A program made the translations under genes and the position numbers. The notes below the pieces were generated by a model. It ran no database searches. It was not told where the DNA came from and worked only from the letters and a program-made list of their open reading frames with translations. A DNA stretch of 64,000 nt from Candidatus Latescibacterota bacterium (GTDB lineage Bacteria > Latescibacterota > UBA2968 > UBA8231), in the NCBI GenBank assembly GCA_963422735.1, contig OY730476.1, forward strand, positions 3,072,001-3,136,000. Direction: 5' to 3'. Below, one piece after another: positions 42,473 to 53,331 of the stretch (position 1 is its first letter; each line of letters starts with the position of its first letter).

Positions 42473-45424
42473 ACGCATCTGTCGGGCCTTGTCGGTCTTG
42501 TCGTCGTTGTCGCTTGCGACGGCAGCGTTTGCCGACGAGGTCAATTGGCCGTACTACGGGGCCGATCAGGGCGGCACCCGCTACACCCCAGCGGACCAGA
42601 TCAATCGCGACAACTTCGATCAATTGCGCGTGATTTGGCGCTACCGGCCCCGCGACCAGCAGATATACGAGACGGCTAGAGCTAGCCGAGGCCGGGATCG
42701 GGGCCAGGGTGGTCGGAGGCGCGGTGGTTCCCGCCTCCGTTTCGACAACAACCGTGGTACGCCGTTGGCCGTCAATGGTGTGCTTTACTATGGCTCGCCA
42801 TACAACGTTCTCTCGGCCATTGACGGCCAAAGCGGCGAGGAGCTGTGGGCGTTCGACCCGGAGTCTTGGCAGGCCGGTTCCTTTTTCTTGGGCAATTCAC
42901 GCGGGGTGAGCTATTGGACCGATGGCGAGGTTGAGCGGGTGTTTTTGGCGACATCGACCTCCTTTTTGTACTCCATAGACGCCAAGACCGGCCTGCCCGA
43001 CCCGAATTTTGGCGAGGGTGGCCGCGTCGATTTGGGAGCCTCGCTGCGCCGGCCGCTGAGCGAAAGGGAGCGCAGGGGCTATGGAATCACGGCTCCGCCC
43101 GTAGTCTGCCGCGACGTGGTCGCCGTCGGCTCGGCGATCGTGGACGTGCGTGGTCGGCCACCAGCCGAGTACATACCCCCGGGCGATGTGCAGGCCTTCG
43201 ACGTGCGCAGCGGCGAGAAGGTGTGGGAATTCCACACGATCCCGCAGGAGGGCGAGTACGGCAACGAGACGTGGGGGTACGCTGCGTGGAAAACCTACGG
43301 CGCGGCCAATGTGTGGGCTACGATGACGGCCGACGAGGAATTGGGCTATCTCTACCTGCCGGTGAGCACGGCCAGCCACGACTACTACGGCGGCGAGCGC
43401 CCCGGCGACAACCTCTTCAGCGAATCGGTCGTCTGTCTAAAGGCCGAGACCGGCGAACGGGTTTGGCACTACCAACTCGTCCATCACGGCCTGTGGGACT
43501 ACGATCCCCCGGCCGTGCCTCTGCTGTTGGATGTGGTCGTCGATGGCCAACAGCGCAAGATCGTCGCTCAGCTAACCAAACAGGCCTTTTGTTTTGTCTT
43601 TGACCGCACAACCGGCGAGCCGATCTGGCCGATTGTCGAAAAGCCAGTTCCGCGATCGCAAGTGCCAGGCGAAAAGACCTCGCCAACCCAGCCGTTCCCG
43701 ACCAAGCCAGCGGCCTTTGAGCGCCAAGGCATCAGCGAGGACGACCTGATTGACTTTACGCCCGAGCTGCACGAGGAAGCCAAGGCCATTCTCGCCGAAT
43801 ACGACTACGGCCCGCTCTACACGCCACCGACTGAGAGAGGCGTTTTGTCGGTTCCCGGCCAATGGGGCGGTGCTGATTGGGCCGGGGGCGCGGCGGATCC
43901 GCGCACGGGCGTACTCTACGTGCCGTCGCACATGGCCATTACCACCGTGGAGCTGCGGCCGGTGCGCGACCCGGAGGCCTACTCGGCGTTTTCGGCTAGC
44001 TACAACCCGCATGTCCTCGGCCCTCGGGGCCTGCCGCTGGTCAAGCCCCCGTACGGCAGTATCACGGCGATTAACCTGAATAGCGGCGAACACCTGTGGC
44101 GGACCGCGGTGGGCAAAGGGCCGGTTGATCACCCGGCGCTCAAGGGCCTTGACCTGTCAGATATGGGCTGGGACAACCGCACCTTCGTCTTGGCCACGCC
44201 GAATCTCCTGTTGGCCACTTCCGAGGACCCGCACGGCCTAGCCGACGCTGGCAGGGATTACTTCGTTGACCGCGATGCGTACCTGCGGGCGTACGATTTG
44301 GCGTCGGGCGAGGAGATCGGCCGCGTCGAATTGCCCAGCAACGCCTATGGCGCGCCGATGAGCTATACGGCCGCCGGCCGCCAGTACGTGGTCGTGCCCC
44401 TGGGCAACTATCAAGGTAGGTCAGGGCGCCCGCCCGAGCTGGTGGCACTGGCCATTCCGCACAAAGGCGAGCAACTGCCGCCCCAAGGTCGAGATCGCGG
44501 CGACGCCGATCACAAAGCCTTTTACGAGGCCGTAAAAGCCATGGACGCTGGCGACAGCGAGACGCTGCAGAATCTGCTCGCTGAGTACCCCGAGCTAGCG
44601 ACCGCGCGCGGCTATTTCGACGAGTACTACGAGTACCCGTACTTTCGCGGGGCCACGCTCTTGCACCACCTAGCCGGCGAGCCACAACGAGCGCCGCTAC
44701 CCGAAACGCGGTCGAACTAGCCACTGCCCTGATCTCAGCAGGTGCCGATCCCAACGCCGCCACGTACGACTCGATTACCGTGCTGGATCTGTTCATAGCA
44801 AGCGATCAGCTCGAATGGGCCGAGAGCAAGCCCGAAATGATCCAACACCTAATGGCCAACGGCGTGGATGTGAATCGCAACCGGGGCCAAATTTTATGGG
44901 ACGCGCTTAGGGAGAGGGACCTAGATCTAGCGCACATGTTGGTCGCCGAGGGGGCGGCCGTGGATTTGCGCTTTGCCGCTGGGATCAATCGCGTCGATCT
45001 GATGGCGGAATACTTCGACTCAGAGGGCAAGCTAAAAGAGGGAACCGGTCATCTGTACCATCCCGACCCAGACACCGTGCTCACCGCCGAGCAGATTGTG
45101 GTGGAGGCGCTCAATCTTGCGGCCTATAACGGCGCGTTGGAAGCGGCGGAGTTTTTGCTAGATCACGGTGCGGATGTCAATGGAATTGCCGGCGGGTTCA
45201 GCCGTTATGACCGCGGCAGTGCTCCCCTGCACAAAACCGTCATGGCCGACCAGCTAGAGATGGCCCGCTTGCTCTTGGTGCGGGGTGCTGACCCACTGGT
45301 GGGAGATCGGCGCTTTGACCTCGCGCCTTATGAGTGGTCCAATTATTTGAATACCTCTAAGGCCCTCGACGAACTGCTCAGAGAGCACCATGAAGCCGCC
45401 GTAGAGCAAGCGGATACAGAATAG
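42465..45424 (+). pseudogene. PQQ-dependent dehydrogenase (glucose/quinate type) fused to ankyrin repeats, split by one -1 frameshift near 44705
   Basis: signal peptide, W.YYG.D.G..RY, HHGLWDYD; adding one A at GAAAC joins ATLLHH..PE to NAVELATALISAGADPN and ORF 44780-45424 (LLDHGADVN, APLH, GADP). Confidence 0.8.
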
Positions 45425-45551
45425 GCACCGCTCCTTTGAGGATTCGCCGGGTGAAGTGTGCTTGACAAGTTCAAGGCGCAAAAATAAAAGTGCATAGACG
45501 AGCCACGCGGATCGCTATGGGCAGTAACCGCTTATCAGAGGATGGAGCATC

Positions 45552-46760
45552 ATGGGCCAAAAGACAAAACCGTTAGATGAAAGGCTACGCGAGTTGTTCG
45601 GCACGGACGCCCGCAGCGAGGGTCCGCTGGCCGCTAGCGGTGCCGGGCGGCGCTTGACCGGTATAGATCTGTGCCGCCCGCTGAATCCCGAGCAGGTTGC
45701 CTTTCTGCTGGACGCCTTGAGCCAGTTTCGCATCGTCAGCATTGCCGGGCAAGACTTGGCAGCCTTTTCTCTAGCCCACTTCGAGCGCTTCGCCAACCAC
45801 TGGGGTGCGCCAGTGCCGCACCCCAACAACTTCATGCGCGGGGGTAAACCAGCCCAGCAAGACGGCGACAGCGACGGCCCCTTTGAGCTAATTCCCTTCG
45901 AGTGCCGCGCGGCCGCCGCGGTCAATGCCGCGTTCCCCGGCCAACTAGAGTGTCTGCCGCACGAGTCGCCTGCGGTGCTGGTAGTGGCCAACTTTCGGGG
46001 GGAACGCAGTGCCGCACCTGTCGAGGTGACGCAGGGCGGCTCGTGGCACACGGACATTGAGTACGAGCCTTTGCCGATCTACGTCTCGATGTTCCTGGTC
46101 CACAAGTCGCCGGAGTCGCGCAATGCCCCGGGCGGGAATTGGGTGCAGGCACCCGATGGCGACAAGGCCCATCCGTACTACGAAGGCTCGGACCGCGAAC
46201 TTATGAGGCTACGCAAGTGTATGCCGTTGAACGGCGAGACGGCCTTTGCCGACACTGCGGCGGCCTTCGCGACACTGCCGCCGGCAGAGCAGACGGCTCT
46301 GGAGCAAATCCAGCTACGGCGGCGGTTGAACGAGGGAGACGAAGGCTGGCTCGCTCCGCTGGTATGCACCAACCCGCGTTCCGGAATTAAGTCGTTGCAC
46401 AGTCCAATCTGGGCGTCGCGGCCACGGGTGCGGCCAGCAGTCGAGGTGGAAGGGATGTCCGCAGAAGCATCGCGTACGTTCCTCGACCGGCTCGAAGCGC
46501 ATGTACTGCAGCCGCAGTTCCGCTACGACCACCCGCATGCACCGGGCGATGTGACGCTGTGGGACAACTACATGACCCTGCACAATTCGCCGCCGATCAA
46601 GTCGAAGATCAACTCGCTCGACGATGCCCGGCTGTTGTACCGCTTGAGTTGCAAGGGCGAGCCGGCCCTGTGGCTACCGCGACGCGATGCGTCGGAGTGG
46701 CGCGCCGCTCACATCCCCGGTGGTTACGCCACACCCTCAGCGATCATCGGCATTGCTTAA
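45552..46760 (+). CDS. TauD/TfdA family Fe(II)/2-oxoglutarate dioxygenase
   Basis: WHTD, GET.FAD, GDV.LWDN..TLH, terminal R. Confidence 0.85.
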   Translation: MGQKTKPLDERLRELFGTDARSEGPLAASGAGRRLTGIDLCRPLNPEQVAFLLDALSQFRIVSIAGQDLAAFSLAHFERFANHWGAPVPHPNNFMRGGKPAQQDGDSDGPFELIPFECRAAAAVNAAFPGQLECLPHESPAVLVVANFRGERSAAPVEVTQGGSWHTDIEYEPLPIYVSMFLVHKSPESRNAPGGNWVQAPDGDKAHPYYEGSDRELMRLRKCMPLNGETAFADTAAAFATLPPAEQTALEQIQLRRRLNEGDEGWLAPLVCTNPRSGIKSLHSPIWASRPRVRPAVEVEGMSAEASRTFLDRLEAHVLQPQFRYDHPHAPGDVTLWDNYMTLHNSPPIKSKINSLDDARLLYRLSCKGEPALWLPRRDASEWRAAHIPGGYATPSAIIGIA

Positions 46761-46973
46761 AAACTGGTAGTGGGTCACTTTGAATTTTTTTGGACGTTTT
46801 GCCTCTTTATCAGGGAGCTGAAATGTTCAAACTGTACCACTACCTAAAAAGTGACAGGGTTCGTGGGGTATTTCAAAATAGAGGGCCTACGTTTGCTTAG
46901 GTTGGCTACTCGGAGGGCACTAGAGATCCCACTCCAGTTGACTGATCACTTCTCGCTCCAGATTGAGGATACT

Positions 46974-47227
46974 ATGGCGAGCATTCTCGAAAAACCTCGT
47001 TCCCCCAGATGGGTATGTGATGACTCGGGCGAGGTCATTGAGGTGATACTTGGATACGACGACTTCAAGACTTTACTGCAAAAGATCGCTCGGGAAACCG
47101 ATTGGGAGACGCTTCCTATTCATCTACAGGATGCTGTTGATGCTCTGTTAATGGAAGAAGCGAATGAGGAAAATGGCGAACGCAGCCTTTGCGAGATGTT
47201 TTTCGTGAGACCGGAGAATCACCTTAG
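46974..47227 (+). pseudogene. type II antitoxin with probable -1 frameshift near 47180
   Basis: acidic, D..G....VI....DF pattern; adding one A gives ...GETQPLRDVFRETGESP-stop ending 2 bp before the toxin GTG. Confidence 0.65.
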
Positions 47228-47229
47228 CA

Positions 47230-47490
47230 GTGGCGCAGGCTGTCTATTTGCGTTCAGCGGCAGAACGAGACCGCCGTCGCCTGCAAGGTCCCATTCGTCG
47301 ACGCATAAACCAGCACCTTCTCCACTTGGAGTCAGAACCGCGTCCTTTGGGAGTAGAGAAGCTAGTTGGCCGCCCAAATTCGTGGCGTATTCGAGTGAGA
47401 GACTGTCGCATTCTTTACGAAACTGACGACGCCAATCAGCGCATTACTGTCTCTCGTCTCGCTCATCGTCGTGACCTATATCGACCTTAG
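47230..47490 (+). CDS. RelE/ParE family toxin
   Basis: PRP.G.EKL.G, WRIRV.D.RILY, HRRDLYR. Confidence 0.85.
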   Translation: MAQAVYLRSAAERDRRRLQGPIRRRINQHLLHLESEPRPLGVEKLVGRPNSWRIRVRDCRILYETDDANQRITVSRLAHRRDLYRP

Positions 47491-47576
47491 CGCAAGGGCT
47501 AGCAGAAAACGCGGCCCCGGTGCTCGTGTACTTAGCCACTTGGGACAGCGACCGCTTTCTTTTTGTTTGGCTTGGT

Positions 47577-48530
47577 TCAGTCGAGATTGGCCGCGACGAT
47601 TTCGGCATGAACTTGGAAGATATGGGCGTCGTCTGGATCGACGATCACCCGCAGATAGTGGATATCGGGTGTGCCGAAGGGTTCGATGCGCGTGAAGCGC
47701 ACCAGACGCCGGCCCGTGGCCGTCCGGCGCAGCGGCTTGTCCACGCGGAAATAGTGGGAGTCACCGTGGGCTAAGGCCACCGGCCGGCCAAAGCGGACGA
47801 CTTCCTGCTCCAGGGCTTGCAAAAAAGCCGCGTACGGCCCGGCCGGCTCGTTTTCCCGTTCCTCAAAGCGCGGATTGGCGTGGATGATGAGGAAAACGGC
47901 GCGATGATCCTGTTCCGCGGCTTGGGCGAATGTTTCGCGCATCCAGGCAATGGCGGCGTTGGTGCGGCTTTTGACTTCCTCGTCGTTGACTTGGGTGCGG
48001 CCTTCAAACGCAGCGGTGGCGTTGCGACTGCCGACGATGTGCAGCACCGCAAAGCTCGTCCGCCTGTGAGTCCAGCGCACGTGCTCGGGGAAGGTTCCTC
48101 CTTGGGTGCCGACGCGCATGGGGTGCTGGCCCAGAGTCCAACCCGGGCGCAAAAAAAAGAGTGCCCGTACGCGCGCCAACCGGTCCAGTGGCTGGTATCC
48201 GCTCCGGTGGCAATCGGTCCAATCGTTGTCGCCTAGGGCCAAAACGAAAGGGCGTTCAAATTGCTGAAACCGCTCGAAACGGCTCTGTAGCAGGCCATCG
48301 CTACAGGGGCTGCTGCCGCCTTTGACATCGCCTACGTGGACGACCCATTCCAAGCCCTCGGCCCGATTAATTTCCTCGACGAGCCGACCAAAGCGGACGC
48401 TGTCGGTCGGAGAGTATGGCATATCCCCGATCAGAGCGAAGGCGAAGGGGCCATCGGCGGGTGGGTTTTGGGGGCTGGCGGCGTCCATCAGCACGACGGT
48501 TAGGGATAGGCTCATAAGATACCGGGTCAT
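47577..48530 (-). CDS. secreted calcineurin-like metallophosphoesterase
   Basis: GDMPY, HVGD, GDNDWTDC, HGDSH; GGAGG SD before ATG 48530. Confidence 0.82.
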   Translation of the reverse strand: MTRYLMSLSLTVVLMDAASPQNPPADGPFAFALIGDMPYSPTDSVRFGRLVEEINRAEGLEWVVHVGDVKGGSSPCSDGLLQSRFERFQQFERPFVLALGDNDWTDCHRSGYQPLDRLARVRALFFLRPGWTLGQHPMRVGTQGGTFPEHVRWTHRRTSFAVLHIVGSRNATAAFEGRTQVNDEEVKSRTNAAIAWMRETFAQAAEQDHRAVFLIIHANPRFEERENEPAGPYAAFLQALEQEVVRFGRPVALAHGDSHYFRVDKPLRRTATGRRLVRFTRIEPFGTPDIHYLRVIVDPDDAHIFQVHAEIVAANLD

Positions 48531-48674
48531 ACGTTTCCTCCAGTTGGCAATGCGCCGCTTGATGTCGGTTTTCTTAAGCGAAGAAAATAAAGATAGTTTT
48601 GGGAACGATGTTAAGGATTGGCTTTTCCGCTTGATTAGCAAAATCTACCATTTTCAAGGAAAGACCGTAAACCT

Positions 48675-49271
48675 ATGAATACACTCGTAGATTCCTCCCT
48701 AGCCAGAGAATTGGCCCAAGGCACGCCGACCCGGAAAGTCGATGCCTTATTCGCGTACATGGAGCGGCGGGGCCAGTCCTTTTACGACGAAGTCGTGACT
48801 CAACTCGAACACGCCCTGCAGTGCGCCTACCAAGCCCAACGGGCCGGGGCAGATTCGGTGCAAGTGGCAGCGGCCCTGCTGCACGATCTGGGTCATTTCC
48901 TAGTCGATGAGCACAACGAAGAGGCCGATTCCCTCACCGAGGACTTACTGCACGAAGAAGTGGGAGCCGAATATCTGGAGCCCTTTTTTATTGACGCAGT
49001 GACCGAGCCGGTCGGGCTGCACGTGCCGGCCAAGCGCTATATCTGCACCGTGGACCGGCCCTATTACCAGACCTTATCTCGGGCGTCCAAGCGGAGTTTT
49101 GAGTTGCAGGGCGGCTTCATGTCGGTCGCAGAAAAGGCGGCCTTTGAACAGAATCCCCATTGGGAAAATGCCGTGCAGTTGCGCAAGTGGGACGACTTGG
49201 CCAAGGTGGAGGGCCTAAAGACGCCGGGCTTAGAAAGCTATCGGGCCGCCGTACAGGGCTGCTTGAAGTAA
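48675..49271 (+). CDS. HD-domain diiron oxygenase, PhnZ/TmpB-like
   Basis: VTQLEHALQ.A, LLHDLGH, HE..GA, LHV.AKRY, LS.AS..S..LQGG, LR.WDD.AK. Confidence 0.85.
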   Translation: MNTLVDSSLARELAQGTPTRKVDALFAYMERRGQSFYDEVVTQLEHALQCAYQAQRAGADSVQVAAALLHDLGHFLVDEHNEEADSLTEDLLHEEVGAEYLEPFFIDAVTEPVGLHVPAKRYICTVDRPYYQTLSRASKRSFELQGGFMSVAEKAAFEQNPHWENAVQLRKWDDLAKVEGLKTPGLESYRAAVQGCLK

Positions 49272-49307
49272 TCGCGGGCCTTCGGTGACTCCGCTTCATA
49301 CTCTGGC

Positions 49308-52300
49308 TCATTTGACCAACGACACCTTGCGTTCCTGCACATCATCGCCCGTTTGCAAGCGCACAACGTACACCCCACTGGCGAGCTCGCCCGCGTCCCA
49401 GTTCACCCGGTAAGTACCAGGTTTCCACCACGCCTCTACCAGCGTTTTTACTCGCTGTCCAGTCGGGCCGAAAACCTCCAGCCGCACCTTTCCGGCCCGT
49501 CCCACGCTGAAATCGATATGCACCTGACTGTTGAATGGGTTGGGATAAGGCGGATGTAGATCCGTTTTTTGCGGCGGGCCCTCCACAGCCTGTACGGCAG
49601 TGGCTGTGCCCTCTCCCATAGTCGCGCCTAAAGTCGCGGTGAAGTATGCCTTTACATAGCCATCCGTGGTCGTCACCACCACATCCAAAAAGCCGTCCCT
49701 ATCCACATCGGCTAAGGCGACATCGCTGCTGCGACCCTCCACTTCTAGGGTCCAGGCCCGGCGCAGGGTGCCTTCCTCCTGTTCCACGCAGATCAACTTG
49801 GTGCCACTGCCAAACAGAAACTCGTCGCGCCCATCGTCGTCCACATCGCCAGAGACCACATCCGTATGAGCCCGAACCCCATCGTCGAACTCCAGCAAAA
49901 CCGCGCCATCCGCCGCTTGGAACAGGCGCACCCCGTCCGCAGTCGAAGCCAGTAATTCTACGGTCCCATCGCCATTGCTGTCGCCCACTCCCATCAGCGA
50001 CTGCACTTCCGTGTTGTTGCGGTACGGGGTCTGCCATATTCGCTGTCCATCGCCGTCCAGAACGGCGTTCAAATAGCTGCAGTGCCCCCAGAGGAGTTCC
50101 GGCCGGCTGTCGCCGAATAAATTGACAACCGCCGGGAATGCATAGCCGACAAAGGAATCGCTCTCAAACAGTGGATTGAGTCCGTTGGTATATCCATAGG
50201 CCTGACGGACCACCTGCGCCGTGCCCGTGACTCCGTCGATAATGTGCAGCCGGTCGGGCCACATCACCACGATCTCCTCCAGGCCGTCGCCGTCTGTATC
50301 CCCCGCAGCGCTGGGATGGCCCCCCAGACTGCGGCCGCTGCCGTCCTCGGGCAGGGTGAAACCATTGGATTTCCAGACGATTTCGCCGCTGCGCCCATCG
50401 AGCAAAAAGCCCACTTCGCTGCCCAACTTGCCGCGCCGCAGACTGGCAAATACATCCATGTACTCGTTGCTGCGGAAATACCCAGCACTCCAGTAGGACA
50501 GGCCGCTGAAGTTCCATATAGGCATACTACCGTCAAAGCCAACGAACTCGGTCTGCCAGCGGATGGACCCATCGGCCGCAAGTGCCACCAAGCTGGCGTT
50601 GCCGCTGGCTGCCTCGCGCGCCGCCAGCACTTCCCGGCGGCCATCGCCGTCCACGTCCGCGGCGATCACTCCCCAGTGGAAGGGCGCGTTATTGGTCTGG
50701 CCGTAGCCGGGCACCTGCCATTGTGGCCGAGGGTCGCCCCCGCCCTCTCCTGGAGCTTGCAGGCACAGCACTTCCCGGGTCGCTGTCTGGACGATCACTT
50801 CCACTCGGCCATCCCCCTCCAAATCGGCTACTACCGGCGTACCGGCCGGGGTAAATGCTTGGCGACTCCACTGGTGCAGCTCCCCCGAGGCCCGCTCCAG
50901 CACCAGCGCCTGACTAGGGAGCCCACTCCCCCTCAGATACAGCAAGGATGCCCCATCGTTCGCCGCCGCGGCCGTCTCTAAGACCATCCCGGCTGGCCCG
51001 CTCACCGACCACCGCGGTCCGATGCGTCCCGCGCTGTCGCTGCCCAAAGCGACCAGCACTTCACCGCCCCTGTCCGGCGCGAGCGCAAAGAAATCGCGTC
51101 GTCCATCTCCATCCACATCGCCGGTTGACACCGTGCGCAAACCATCGGCGGCCCCGGTGCTCACCGTCAAGGGCAACTGATTCAGCAATACCGTACTGAA
51201 GCGCCCCCGCTCGTGGCTCCAGCGTACGCTCGCCGTCCCCGCCTCCAAGGACCAGACCGCTAGCGGCGCATAGGTCGGCAGGGCTTCGCCCGTCGTGGCC
51301 GAGACGAACAACTCCAAGCGTCCGTCGCCGTCCACGTCGGCCATACCGTGCAAATGGTGCTGTGGAAAATCAAAGCTGGTCTCGCCGCTGAGCGCATCGA
51401 CGCCGACTATGTGCCACTGGCCATCGCCTTGGTCGTTGTAAATGCTGTACACCAACTCGAAGCGGCCATCGTCGTCCGCATCGACCAAGGCCTGCGGTTG
51501 GGGCCGCACCACCTTGGTCGATTGCGCTGGATCGGGCTGAATATCGCGCAGCCAGCGCAGCGTCAATTCCGTGCCGTCGTTGTCAATGACCTCGGCGTGC
51601 ATACTGAAATCGGCCATTACGCCGAATTCGGGGTACGGATCGTCGTCGATATTGGCGGCTCCGAACCAGCCGTAGTTGCGATACCCGTGGTACTGCAACT
51701 GCATCTTGGTTTCCCCGGTGGCCCCGTCGAAGACGAGGATGCGGTAGTGGGTGGCCACGACGATATCGGGCTGACCATCTACATCGACGTCAACCACGAG
51801 GACATTGGGATCCCAAGTATTGGTAAAGAACTCGGTCTCCCACACTACCCGAGGTTCGCCGTTGTCGTACGCGAGCAGTTGGCCTTGCTTGGGCTCGGCC
51901 CCGCCGTCGCTGAAAGAATTTCCCATCTCAAAGTGCTGTAAGCCCGCTTCCCCGGGCAGGATCTGGGCCACTTTGAAGACATTGTCTAGCGGCATAGCTA
52001 CCTCGACGCCGCCGAGGTCAAAAATCTGCGGCCCAATCCCCCAATCCCGCCCGTAGGTGCCGATGTACCCAAGATCTACCGGGACGGCAAAGGGTAAGGC
52101 CACCGAGGCGTCACCCGCGTGTTGCTCCACTTCCACATAGCCCTCCCAGGCGGCAATGTCGTAGCGCCAGCGCTCTTGCGGCGGGTCGTGGATTTGGCCG
52201 ACCCCCGAGGCCCGGCCGCTCATCTGGCGGTCGCCGCGCAATTGCAGCCACTCGCCCGTTTGCCCGTGCGCCCCACCCGCCAGCATCAGCAATAGCAAGA

Positions 52301-52352
52301 CCATCGCCGACACATTTGCTCTACTGTCGTTGGAAAGCTGATTATAGGGCAT
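49308..52352 (-). CDS. secreted FG-GAP/VCBS repeat protein with C-terminal T9SS-like domain
   Basis: many D.DGDG..E repeats; PYPNPFN...LASGVY. Confidence 0.85.
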   Translation of the reverse strand: MPYNQLSNDSRANVSAMVLLLLMLAGGAHGQTGEWLQLRGDRQMSGRASGVGQIHDPPQERWRYDIAAWEGYVEVEQHAGDASVALPFAVPVDLGYIGTYGRDWGIGPQIFDLGGVEVAMPLDNVFKVAQILPGEAGLQHFEMGNSFSDGGAEPKQGQLLAYDNGEPRVVWETEFFTNTWDPNVLVVDVDVDGQPDIVVATHYRILVFDGATGETKMQLQYHGYRNYGWFGAANIDDDPYPEFGVMADFSMHAEVIDNDGTELTLRWLRDIQPDPAQSTKVVRPQPQALVDADDDGRFELVYSIYNDQGDGQWHIVGVDALSGETSFDFPQHHLHGMADVDGDGRLELFVSATTGEALPTYAPLAVWSLEAGTASVRWSHERGRFSTVLLNQLPLTVSTGAADGLRTVSTGDVDGDGRRDFFALAPDRGGEVLVALGSDSAGRIGPRWSVSGPAGMVLETAAAANDGASLLYLRGSGLPSQALVLERASGELHQWSRQAFTPAGTPVVADLEGDGRVEVIVQTATREVLCLQAPGEGGGDPRPQWQVPGYGQTNNAPFHWGVIAADVDGDGRREVLAAREAASGNASLVALAADGSIRWQTEFVGFDGSMPIWNFSGLSYWSAGYFRSNEYMDVFASLRRGKLGSEVGFLLDGRSGEIVWKSNGFTLPEDGSGRSLGGHPSAAGDTDGDGLEEIVVMWPDRLHIIDGVTGTAQVVRQAYGYTNGLNPLFESDSFVGYAFPAVVNLFGDSRPELLWGHCSYLNAVLDGDGQRIWQTPYRNNTEVQSLMGVGDSNGDGTVELLASTADGVRLFQAADGAVLLEFDDGVRAHTDVVSGDVDDDGRDEFLFGSGTKLICVEQEEGTLRRAWTLEVEGRSSDVALADVDRDGFLDVVVTTTDGYVKAYFTATLGATMGEGTATAVQAVEGPPQKTDLHPPYPNPFNSQVHIDFSVGRAGKVRLEVFGPTGQRVKTLVEAWWKPGTYRVNWDAGELASGVYVVRLQTGDDVQERKVSLVK

Positions 52353-52539
52353 AGCATTTCTTCCGTATAGTCATGAAGCTGCAATTCCAAGGACCAAAAA
52401 CCATGCAAGTCAATCTGCAACAGCTCCGCCGCGATAGCTGCTTCTTTTTCTGCAGACCGAGTGTGAATCAGATGAAAAAGCCTTGGTTTTTCAATGTCGC
52501 CCGAAAGTGCATCGCTAGCTGAGGAGTCTATAGAAGCAG

Positions 52540-53286
52540 ATGGACCCGCAAATCCTCAAGGGAAAAAACGCCATTGTGACCGGTGCCGCTCGCGGCATAG
52601 GCCGCGCCATTGCCCAGCGCCTCGCCGCCGAGGGTGCCCGGGTGGCCATTCTCGATATCGACGCTGACGGCGCGCAACGGGCTGCTGCTGCAATAGGCAG
52701 TTCGACCATCGGCCTTGCCGTCGATGTGGGCCGGGCCGCTTCCGTTGACCGGGCCTTTGCCCAAGTTGCCGACCAGTTGGGCGCCCTCGACATCTTGGTG
52801 AACAACGCCGGTATTGTCGGCACTGATACGCCGGTCAAAGATCTGGACGAAGACGACTGGGACCGCGTCCTCGACATCAATCTCAAGGGAACCTTTCTGT
52901 GCTCGCGGGCGGCCCTGCGCTACATGCTGCCGCAACAGAGTGGGGTCATCTGCTCGCTGGCCTCTATCTCCGGCAAAGAGGGCAACGCCAATATGGCACC
53001 TTACTCCGTATCCAAGGCTGGCGTCATCTGCTTTACCAAGACTCTGGCCAAAGAAGTTCTGGACTGCGGCATCCGCGTCAATTGCGTGGCTCCGGCCCTG
53101 ATTGACTCGCCGCTGTTGCAGGGCATGGAGCAGGACCGCGTCAATTTTTTGACCGCCAAAATCCCTTTGGGCCGCTTGGGCCGCCCCGAAGAAGTGGCGG
53201 CGACCATTTTATTTTTGGTATCGGACGAGTCAACCTTTACCACGGGCCAGTGCTTTGACGTGAGCGGCGGTCGGGCGACCTATTGA
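52540..53286 (+). CDS. short-chain dehydrogenase/reductase (FabG-like)
   Basis: TGAARGIG, NNAG, YSVSK. Confidence 0.93.
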   Translation: MDPQILKGKNAIVTGAARGIGRAIAQRLAAEGARVAILDIDADGAQRAAAAIGSSTIGLAVDVGRAASVDRAFAQVADQLGALDILVNNAGIVGTDTPVKDLDEDDWDRVLDINLKGTFLCSRAALRYMLPQQSGVICSLASISGKEGNANMAPYSVSKAGVICFTKTLAKEVLDCGIRVNCVAPALIDSPLLQGMEQDRVNFLTAKIPLGRLGRPEEVAATILFLVSDESTFTTGQCFDVSGGRATY

Positions 53287-53331
53287 GCAGAGGAAGGGTT
53301 GCCAACGCCGGCTGACTCGAACGATTCTCCC

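Noticed and set aside
44695-44725. Programmed -1 ribosomal frameshift in the PQQ-ankyrin gene
   Set aside because: No X XXY YYZ slippery heptamer at the junction; a one-base deletion or sequencing error is simpler.
45441-45456. GATTCGCCGGGTGAAG (and GCTTCACCG near 27740) as extra mini-element copies
   Set aside because: Only 9-11 bp match, too short to separate from chance.
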